NCBI GenBank assembly: GCA_017412245.1 | Contig: JAFPYI010000023.1 | Location: forward strand, 12,288-76,287 | DNA length: 64,000 bases | Source: Paludibacteraceae bacterium | GTDB lineage: Bacteria; Bacteroidota; Bacteroidia; Bacteroidales; Paludibacteraceae | Direction: 5' to 3' | Shown: positions 21,666 through 28,586 of the stretch, one piece after another | Layout: each line of letters opens with the position of its first letter | Numbering within the stretch: position 1 is the stretch's first letter | Program-made: the position numbers and the translations under genes | Notes under the pieces: model-generated | The model's input: only the letters and a program-made list of their open reading frames with translations | Told to the model about the DNA's origin: nothing | Database searches by the model: none

Positions 21666-23012
21666 TTATTCTTTTCTTTCTTTAATCAAGAATACCGACG
21701 CAGCGCCAAGGACGAGTAAAACGCCTGCTATAACTAACATTCCGGCTTGCGTGCCTGCGCACACATATTTAAGGAGAAGTCCTCCACACAGCGCAGCAAC
21801 GATTTGCGGAATACAAATGGTACAATTGAAGAGTCCGAGGTAATAACCCATATTTCCACCCTTGATAGCATTGGTGACGATTGTAAACGGCAATGCTAAC
21901 ATTGCAGCCCAAGCAGCACCGATAAGTGCATAACTGAACCAAAGAATATACTGATTGGTGACAAACCAAATTGAGATAAATCCTATTGCGCCAACCAATA
22001 ATGAGATTGCGTATGCACCTTTGTTTCCTGTCCATTTTTCCAACAGCGGAAGAACCATTGCCCATAAGAGCGATCCAATGGCTTGTACACAGAACACTAC
22101 TCCAACCCATCCTCCTGCATTTTGGAAGGCTGCGTCTGCCGCATTCACTCCGTCCCATCCAAAACAATTGATGGCGATTGCACCATTGGAATAAGTCCAC
22201 ATATACATAAATGCTGCCCAACAGAAGAATTGTACCAATCCGACAGTCCAGAAAGCAGAAGGAGCTTCAATCAGCAATTGGATGAAACCTTTCTCCTCTT
22301 TGTTTTCCTCTTTTTTCTTGAGGTCGATTCCGTGGAAGGCTGCATATTCTTCCGGATTCATCTCTTTGACCGTTGCGAACGTATACAGGCAGCAGAGAAT
22401 CAGTATTGCTGCGCCTGCATAGAACGACCATTTAACCGAATCAGGAATAACGCCGTCCGGCGCAGTATTTGCGATTCCGATCCATGTAAAGCAAATCGGG
22501 AAAAGATAACCAACAACCGAACCTGCATTACACAATGCAGATTGAATAGCATACGCCGTTCCTTTTTGCTCTTCATTTACCATATCGCCGACCATCATTT
22601 TGAACGGCTGCATAGCGATATTAATAGACGTATCCAAGAACATCAGACTGAACACGCCAAACCACATGGCCGCATTCAATCCCAGAAAAGCAGATTGCGC
22701 GAAAGTAAAATTACCGGCATTCGGCAAGAGAACCATTACAGCAACAGCAATCAGCGCGCCTACGATTAGATAAGGCATACGTCGTCCGAGACGTGTCCAC
22801 GTCTTGTCCGAATACTTACCAACCAAAGGTTGAACGATCATTCCCATCAACGGCGGAAGGATCCAAAAGAAAGATAACTGATGAGGATCAGCACCGAGGG
22901 TTGCAAAAATACGGGAAATATTGGCGCTTTGTAGTGCATAAGCAATCTGCACTCCGAAAAAGCCGAAACTCAAGTTAAAGAGTTGTGCAAAAGACAAATT
23001 TCGTTTTTGCAT
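21666..23012 (-). CDS. MFS/GPH-type sugar:cation symporter (SLC45/maltose-sucrose transporter-like)
   Basis: About 448 aa from ATG 23012 (MQKRNLSFAQLFNLSFGFFGVQIAYALQ...). Motif VGKYSDKTWTRLGRRMPY. 12 TM segments. The 43-codon extension in the track (to 23141) runs through the predicted promoter and is rejected. Confidence 0.85.
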   Translation of the reverse strand: MQKRNLSFAQLFNLSFGFFGVQIAYALQSANISRIFATLGADPHQLSFFWILPPLMGMIVQPLVGKYSDKTWTRLGRRMPYLIVGALIAVAVMVLLPNAGNFTFAQSAFLGLNAAMWFGVFSLMFLDTSINIAMQPFKMMVGDMVNEEQKGTAYAIQSALCNAGSVVGYLFPICFTWIGIANTAPDGVIPDSVKWSFYAGAAILILCCLYTFATVKEMNPEEYAAFHGIDLKKKEENKEEKGFIQLLIEAPSAFWTVGLVQFFCWAAFMYMWTYSNGAIAINCFGWDGVNAADAAFQNAGGWVGVVFCVQAIGSLLWAMVLPLLEKWTGNKGAYAISLLVGAIGFISIWFVTNQYILWFSYALIGAAWAAMLALPFTIVTNAIKGGNMGYYLGLFNCTICIPQIVAALCGGLLLKYVCAGTQAGMLVIAGVLLVLGAASVFLIKERKE

Positions 23013-23066
23013 GGTATTTATGTGATTTTCTATTGGATATTTATATCCATTTCGGTTAAGCGGGTG

Positions 23067-23098
23067 CAAAATTACTGCTTTTTTTTCGAATGTGCAAG
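23067..23098 (-). promoter_or_regulatory. Bacteroidota-type promoter of the MFS-lipoprotein-susCD operon
   Basis: The minus strand has -7 TAATTTTG (23074..23067). A -33-like CTTG sits at the canonical 24-nt offset (23098..23095). The spacer tactgctttttttt is nearly identical to that of the promoter at 54971. Confidence 0.5.
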
Positions 23099-23274
23099 AG
23101 AAAATAAATATTTTTTTCATTTTTTTCGTTTTTTTTCTCAATTTTCGACATTTAGGGCATATTTCGAAAAAATTCCAGTGCAGAAATCAACAAGAAATTA
23201 GTCCAAAAAACAACGCATCGAAATGTTGTATATTTCCTCTATTTTCAGGCAGATTTTTAAGACAACGTTTTAAC

Positions 23275-23327
23275 CACGTAATTGGTTCGAGATTCGTTCA
23301 AGATTGTCTCGATATCGACTCGATCAC
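23275..23327 (-). repeat. copy E of the 11-bp-phased TCGA element (intergenic, decayed)
   Basis: The sense (minus) strand reads GTGATCGAGTCGATATCGAG-acaatcttgaa-cgaatctcgaa-ccaattacgtg. It has the same left terminus and the same last unit (ccaattacg) as copy B. One unit is mutated from TCGA to TTGA. Confidence 0.8.
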
Positions 23328-23496
23328 AAATTTCAAAACCATAGGTTTATGTATTATATTGATAATAAACGATTAAGTTTTTTGAGTTCTTTCAACTCGA
23401 ACATTTCTTAACTTTTCAACAGAACACTTCAAAAGATTCAATGTTCAATTTTTCTAAAGGCTAAAATTAAGAATTTTGAAAATAATTAAGAAAAAA

Positions 23497-23528
23497 TTTG
23501 CATATGTTCATTTTTTGTAGTATCTTTG
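23497..23528 (+). promoter_or_regulatory. Bacteroidota-type promoter of recQ
   Basis: TTTGCATATG... at 23497 and TATCTTTG at 23521, with the same 24-nt offset. The half-site TTTGCATAT is identical to the palindromic modules at 9319 and 48498. Confidence 0.55.
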
Positions 23529-23598
23529 CACTCGCTTAGGTTAAAAACCTAATTTATTTTTTTGTAACAAACGAGATTAAAATCGACAAAAATACTAT

Positions 23599-25782
23599 AT
23601 GGAAGTAACACACGAGGAATTGATTAAAGCTCTTCAGACCTATTTCGGTTTTGACACATTCAAGGGCAATCAAGAAGCAATTATTCGTAACATTGTAGAG
23701 GGAAACGACACATTTGTGCTGATGCCGACCGGTGGTGGTAAAAGTCTTTGCTACCAGTTACCGTCATTAATCATGGACGGCGTAGCGATTGTGATTTCTC
23801 CTTTGATTGCACTTATGAAGAATCAGGTTGATGCGATGCGTAACTATTCGGAGGAAGAAGGAGTGGCGCATTTCATCAATTCGTCGTTAAGTCGTGGAGA
23901 GATTAATGCCGTTAAGGAAGATGTGTTGGCCGGCAAGACCAAACTGCTGTATTTGGCGCCGGAGAGTTTGCAGAAAAACGAGAATGTGGACTTTTTGCAA
24001 GGCGTGAAGATCAGTTTTTACGCTGTAGATGAGGCGCATTGTATTTCCGAATGGGGACACGATTTCCGTCCTGAATATAGTCAGATTCGTTCGATGGTTC
24101 AACGAATTGGTAAAGCGCCAATCATTGCTTTGACCGCTACCGCCACGCCGAAAGTGCAGAAAGATATTCAGAAGAACTTAGGCATGCCGGATGCGATTGT
24201 ATTCAAATCCAGTTTCAATCGTCCGAACCTTTATTACGAAGTACGTCCGAAAACCGATGATGTTGATAAAGATTTGGTACGTTATATCCGTTCGATGGAA
24301 GGCAAGTCCGGCATTGTCTATTGCTTGGCTCGCAAAGAAGTGGAAGATTTGGCACAAGTGCTTCAAGTTAACGGAATCTCTGCGCGTGCTTATCACGCAG
24401 GCATGGACGCAGCGACACGAAGCGCCAACCAAGATGCATTCTTGATGGAAGAGATTCAAGTGATTGTCGCTACCATCGCTTTCGGAATGGGAATCGATAA
24501 ACCGGATGTTCGTTTTGTGGTGCATTACGATATTCCAAAATCGCTGGAAGGCTACTATCAAGAGACAGGTCGCGCCGGTCGTGACGGAGGAGAAGGGCAA
24601 TGTATCTGTTACTATTCTCCGGATGATATTGAACGTTTGCGAAAGTTCCAGCAAGGCAAGACACCAAAGGAAATAGGCATCGGCAATCAGTTGCTTTTCG
24701 AGACACAGAGTTACGCAGAATCGACTATTTGCCGGCGCAAACTGCTGCTGCACTATTTCGGAGAAGATTATACCGAAGAGAATTGCGGCAACTGCGATAA
24801 CTGCCGTAAGACTTACAAGATGATTGACGAAAGCGAATTGCTGCAGATCACCTTGGAAACGATTCAACAAGTCAACGAAAAGCATAAAGCCGAACATATT
24901 GTAGATATACTGCACGGAAACAGCACCAGCGAAGTGATGAGTTATCATCACGACGATTTGGAATATTTCGGCGCTGCGAGCGATGAAGAAGAATCGACGC
25001 TGCATGCTATTATTCGTCAAGCATTATTGGTCGGCATGCTCAAAAAAGATGTCGATTCGTACGGAGATTTGAAGCTGACAAGCGATGGCAAGAAATTTAT
25101 TCGCAAACCTGTTAAGTTCGAAGTTCCAATCGAGATTCCGGATGACGAAGAAGAAATGATTGAAGGTGCCGGTGCTACTTGTGCCGCAGCAGATGAAGTA
25201 CTCTTCTCTATTCTCAAAGATATTCGTCGCAAATTGGCGAAGAAATGCGATGTGCCGCCGTTTGTTATTTTCCAAGACCCATCTCTGGAAGCAATGGCAA
25301 CCACCTATCCTATTACGATGGAAGAGTTGTTGACTATTCCGGGAGTCGGCGTTGCTAAAGCAAAACGTTACGGTGATGAGTTCTTGCGTGTGATTAAGGA
25401 ATACGTGGAAGAAAACGAGATTATACGACCGGACGATATGCGTATTCGTACCGTCGCCAAGAAATCTACACGTAAGAAACAGATTATTCAAGCAATAGAC
25501 AGACGAGTTGATTTGGACGATTTGGCCGAATCATGCGGAATGTCCATGGACGAGATGCTCGAAGAACTGGAAGCAATCGTCTTCAGCGGGACAAAGATAG
25601 ACATCAATTATTTCATCCAAGAGGTATTGGATCCGGACGAAGAAGAGGAAATTTATGAATATTTCCGTGAGGCAGAGAGCGACAATATCAAAAAAGCGAT
25701 GGAAGAACTGGGCGAAGACTACTACGACGAGATGCACGTACGATTAGTGCGTATCAAGTTCCACTGTGATTTGGGAAATTAA
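23599..25782 (+). CDS. recQ: ATP-dependent DNA helicase RecQ
   Basis: 727 aa. Motifs FGFDTFKGNQEAII, MPTGGGKSLCYQLP and DEAHCISEWGHDFRPEY. Zn-binding CRRKLLLHYFGE...CGNCDNC. C-terminal HRDC-like region. Confidence 0.96.
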   Translation: MEVTHEELIKALQTYFGFDTFKGNQEAIIRNIVEGNDTFVLMPTGGGKSLCYQLPSLIMDGVAIVISPLIALMKNQVDAMRNYSEEEGVAHFINSSLSRGEINAVKEDVLAGKTKLLYLAPESLQKNENVDFLQGVKISFYAVDEAHCISEWGHDFRPEYSQIRSMVQRIGKAPIIALTATATPKVQKDIQKNLGMPDAIVFKSSFNRPNLYYEVRPKTDDVDKDLVRYIRSMEGKSGIVYCLARKEVEDLAQVLQVNGISARAYHAGMDAATRSANQDAFLMEEIQVIVATIAFGMGIDKPDVRFVVHYDIPKSLEGYYQETGRAGRDGGEGQCICYYSPDDIERLRKFQQGKTPKEIGIGNQLLFETQSYAESTICRRKLLLHYFGEDYTEENCGNCDNCRKTYKMIDESELLQITLETIQQVNEKHKAEHIVDILHGNSTSEVMSYHHDDLEYFGAASDEEESTLHAIIRQALLVGMLKKDVDSYGDLKLTSDGKKFIRKPVKFEVPIEIPDDEEEMIEGAGATCAAADEVLFSILKDIRRKLAKKCDVPPFVIFQDPSLEAMATTYPITMEELLTIPGVGVAKAKRYGDEFLRVIKEYVEENEIIRPDDMRIRTVAKKSTRKKQIIQAIDRRVDLDDLAESCGMSMDEMLEELEAIVFSGTKIDINYFIQEVLDPDEEEEIYEYFREAESDNIKKAMEELGEDYYDEMHVRLVRIKFHCDLGN

Positions 25783-27116
25783 TGACGCAAAGCATGAATA
25801 TTGGCGAGATAGACTTTATCACACTCGGCTGTTCGAAGAACTTAGTGGACGCAGAGCGCATCATGCGGCAGTTAGAAACCGCAGGATGGCATTGTGTGCA
25901 TGACGCAGAGGAACCGAAAGGAGAGATTTGCGTCATCAACACCTGCGGATTCATCGGCGATGCCAAAGAGGAAAGCATAAATATGATTCTACAAATGGCG
26001 GAGAGAAAGAAGAAGAAAAAACTGCGCCAATTGATTGTCATGGGATGCCTGAGTGAACGCTATCGAGCAGAACTCGAGACCGAAATACCGGAAGTTGATG
26101 CCTACTATGGCAAGTTCGATTTCGAACGGATGAAAGATTTAATCGGAACGAGGATTTTACCTGGTAATCCTAGACAATACAGCGGATTCGAACGGTATCT
26201 GACCACTCCTAGACATTATGCCTATTTGAAGATTTCGGAAGGCTGCAACAGGATGTGTTCCTATTGCGCCATTCCGCTTATCACGGGACGGCATACCAGT
26301 CGGCCGAAAAAAGAGATTTTGGACGAAGTGCGGTGGTTAGTAAGTCAAGGCGTGAAGGAATTGAATGTTATTGCGCAAGACTTGAGCAGTTATGGACTCG
26401 ATTTGGAGAAAAGGCACTTGCTGCCTGAACTCATCGATGAAATGGCGCAAATCAAAGGCGTTGAATGGATTCGACTGCATTATGCCTACCCGACGGATTT
26501 TCCGGAAGAATTGCTTGAAGTGATGGCTCGACATGAGAATGTCTGCAAATATATGGATATTGCTCTGCAGCATTGCACAGACCATATGCTCAGTCTCATG
26601 CGAAGACACATCACGCAAGCAGAACAAGATGCACTTATTGCCAAGATTCGCGAACGCGTTCCGGGAATTTGTATCAGAACAACGCTGTTAGTAGGACATC
26701 CCGGTGAGACGGAAGAAGATTTTGAGGCATTGAAAGAATGGGTGCGACAGATGCGATTTGACCGAATGGGTTGTTTTACCTATTCCGATGAAGAAGGAAC
26801 ATACGCTCATAAGCACTACCACGACGACATTCCTCAAGAAGTCAAAAAACGCCGTGCAAGCGAACTGATGGCTATTCAACAAGAAATAAGCGGTCAACTT
26901 TTGCACGCGCGCGTAGGAGCACGTGAAAAAGTGATTATTGACCGTGAAGAAGGCGAATATTTCATCGGCAGAACGCAATACGACAGTCCGGAAGTGGATT
27001 GCGAAGTGCTGATTGACAAATCATCCGCTAAAAACAAGATTCAAATAGGAGAATTCTATAATGTCCGTATCACACGAGCAGAAGAATTTGATATGTACGC
27101 AACTATTGAACCATAA
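25782..27116 (+). CDS. rimO: ribosomal protein S12 methylthiotransferase RimO
   Basis: 444 aa. MTTase N-domain (ITLGCSKN...NTCGFI). Radical-SAM CNRMCSYCAIP. C-terminal TRAM domain. The start overlaps the recQ stop (TAATG). Confidence 0.93.
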   Translation: MTQSMNIGEIDFITLGCSKNLVDAERIMRQLETAGWHCVHDAEEPKGEICVINTCGFIGDAKEESINMILQMAERKKKKKLRQLIVMGCLSERYRAELETEIPEVDAYYGKFDFERMKDLIGTRILPGNPRQYSGFERYLTTPRHYAYLKISEGCNRMCSYCAIPLITGRHTSRPKKEILDEVRWLVSQGVKELNVIAQDLSSYGLDLEKRHLLPELIDEMAQIKGVEWIRLHYAYPTDFPEELLEVMARHENVCKYMDIALQHCTDHMLSLMRRHITQAEQDALIAKIRERVPGICIRTTLLVGHPGETEEDFEALKEWVRQMRFDRMGCFTYSDEEGTYAHKHYHDDIPQEVKKRRASELMAIQQEISGQLLHARVGAREKVIIDREEGEYFIGRTQYDSPEVDCEVLIDKSSAKNKIQIGEFYNVRITRAEEFDMYATIEP

Positions 27117-27131
27117 GAAAAACAAAATACT

Positions 27132-27410
27132 ATGCTTACAAAAGATTTAATCAGTCTGATAGCAGAAAAAACAGGACTGAGTAAGAAAAAAGTGGAGCAG
27201 TTGCTCACAACAAACAATGCCATTTTGCGAGAAAACCTGATGGCCGGCAAAGCCATTCAGATGCAAGGATTAGGCACATTTGAGATCAAAGAGCGCAAAG
27301 AACGGACTATCGTGCATCCACGCACCGGAGAAAGAACACTCGTTCCAAGCAAAAGTCAATTGGTATTTAGACCGGTGACAAACTTAAAAGAAGAACTAAA
27401 AAAGATTTAA
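27132..27410 (+). CDS. HU family DNA-binding protein
   Basis: 92 aa. HU/IHF fold pattern (LTKDLISLIAEKTGLSKKKVEQLL...GLGTFEIKERKERTIVHPRTGE...FRP). Confidence 0.85.
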   Translation: MLTKDLISLIAEKTGLSKKKVEQLLTTNNAILRENLMAGKAIQMQGLGTFEIKERKERTIVHPRTGERTLVPSKSQLVFRPVTNLKEELKKI

Positions 27411-27413
27411 ACC

Positions 27414-28586
27414 ATGGCAAATAACAAACTTACTTGGACCGAATTGCGCCGTCTGTTAGCTTCTCGCGCAGGAGTCAAAGAAAGCGAAGCCAATGCGTTC
27501 CTTTCCACACTTAATGAGCAACTCATAGAAGCACTCAAGAAAGATAAACAAGTGAAAATCAACGGATTGGGGACTTTCCGTCTGCAATCTGTTGCGCCAC
27601 GCCGTAGTGTAAGCGTCAGCTCAGGACAAGAAATGACGATAGAAGGATACAATAAAATTGTATTCACACCGGAATCCGGAGTAAAAGAACTTGTCATTAA
27701 TGCGCCTGTTGCGGCTAAAAATGCGGATGCAAACGAAGAAATCAATCCTTTGAAGAAATTGGGTGACCAAGCAGAGGAAATTGTTGATATTCTTGCAGAT
27801 TTAGGGCAAGCTCCGAAAACAGAGAAAGAACCGAAAGAAGAGAAACCTAAGAAAAAGATTGTTAAGAAAAAAGTGGTCGTTAAGCCGCAACCTGTGACAC
27901 CGGAACCGATTAAGATTGAAGAACCGGAGCCAGTCAAAGTCGAAGAGCCCGGACCCGTAAAAGCAGAAGAGCCAAAACCGGTAGAGATTGCGACTCCTGT
28001 TGAACCGGAGAAACCGGCAAAACCGGAACAACCTGAGAAACCGAAGAAAAAATATCATTTCTTGCGCGACACATTGATTTGTGTCATTTGCTTGCTGTTG
28101 TTATTACTTATCGGGTATTTCTTCCTGCGCAATCAGTTGACATCTTTAATCAATTCCATTGGCAAAGACAAACCCGTTCAAACCGAATTGGTTGAACCAA
28201 AGGCACAGCAAACGGACACGTTACCTGCCAATATCGAGGGAACTTCGAACCAATCTCGAACCTATTTCGAGTCTGATACCGTTCTGAAGGAAACAGAGAA
28301 GGAGACTCCAAAAGAAATCGTTTATGACAACCTGATTACTACTGAGCCCATGCATGAAGCAAGTCGTTTGACATGGATGGCAAAACGTTACTATGGCAGC
28401 AAAGATTATTGGCCGTATTTGTATGACGCGAACAAAGATCGTATAACTAACCCTAATAAAATTACTGTCGGCACGCCTATTCGTGTTCCAAAACTGACTG
28501 CAGAACAGATGGACACGACCATTGAGAGTTCGCGTCTGACACTTCATCGTTTGCGTGAAGAAGCAGAAGCAGCGTGCAAAAAATAA
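27414..28586 (+). CDS. HU-fold domain / Pro-Glu-Lys-rich linker / TM helix / LysM-like domain protein
   Basis: 390 aa. N-terminal HU-like domain (ELRRLLASRAGVKESEANAFLSTLNEQLIEALKKDKQVKINGLGTF). Linker with EEPxPVK repeats. One TM (LICVICLLLLLLIGYFFL). C-terminal LysM-like segment (RLTWMAKRYYGSKDYWPYLYDANKDRITNPNKITVGTPIRVP). Confidence 0.72.
   Translation: MANNKLTWTELRRLLASRAGVKESEANAFLSTLNEQLIEALKKDKQVKINGLGTFRLQSVAPRRSVSVSSGQEMTIEGYNKIVFTPESGVKELVINAPVAAKNADANEEINPLKKLGDQAEEIVDILADLGQAPKTEKEPKEEKPKKKIVKKKVVVKPQPVTPEPIKIEEPEPVKVEEPGPVKAEEPKPVEIATPVEPEKPAKPEQPEKPKKKYHFLRDTLICVICLLLLLLIGYFFLRNQLTSLINSIGKDKPVQTELVEPKAQQTDTLPANIEGTSNQSRTYFESDTVLKETEKETPKEIVYDNLITTEPMHEASRLTWMAKRYYGSKDYWPYLYDANKDRITNPNKITVGTPIRVPKLTAEQMDTTIESSRLTLHRLREEAEAACKK
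28228..28274 (+). repeat. copy C of the 11-bp-phased TCGA element, in frame inside the HU/LysM gene
   Basis: CCAATATCGAG-ggaacttcgaa-ccaatctcgaa-cctatttcgag-TCT. Four TCGA sites spaced 11 bp apart. It is translated as ..ANIEGTSNQSRTYFESD.. in the extracytoplasmic linker. Confidence 0.8.

Noticed and set aside
23013-23141. 43-codon N-terminal extension of the MFS transporter given in the ORF track (MRKKTKKMKKIFIFSCTFEKK...).
   Set aside because: The extension runs through the predicted -7 box (23067-23074) and a poly-T region. The conserved transporter N-terminus begins at MQKRNLSFAQLF (ATG 23012).
23281-23300. The antisense unit GGTTCGAGATT of the repeat element resembles a tRNA T-arm (GGTTCGAATCC), raising the idea of tRNA genes or tRNA-derived SINE-like elements.
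   Set aside because: No acceptor stem, anticodon arm or D-arm can be folded around any copy. The motif simply recurs every 11 bp. I found no tRNA, rRNA or obvious riboswitch anywhere in the window.
24178-25020. Long antisense ORFs inside real genes. Examples are 24178-25020 opposite recQ, 39549-40277 opposite the beta-helix gene, 50185-50913 opposite the DUF5686-like gene, 14799-15473 opposite the CBM gene, 22083-22769 opposite the MFS gene and 27407-27937 opposite the HU-LysM gene.
   Set aside because: Each lies entirely within a strongly supported gene on the other strand. Their translations are low-complexity or Cys/Arg/His-rich with no recognisable motifs, no signal of a start context and no promoter. 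They are typical shadow ORFs.
25111-25140. Possible seventh element remnant in recQ (aagTTCGAAgttccaaTCGAGattccgg, translated KFEVPIEIP).
   Set aside because: It has only two TCGA sites, spaced 13 bp rather than 11 bp, and no terminus motif. The peptide lies in the normal acidic linker before the HRDC region of Bacteroidales RecQ. It is most likely coincidence.
27900-28050. Imperfect 24-bp periodicity in DNA encoding EEPEPVKV/EEPGPVKA/EEPKPVEI and EKPAKPEQPEKPKKK in the HU-LysM gene.
   Set aside because: This is a low-complexity Pro/Glu/Lys linker of the kind common in envelope-spanning proteins. The repeats are diverged at the DNA level and unrelated to the TCGA element.
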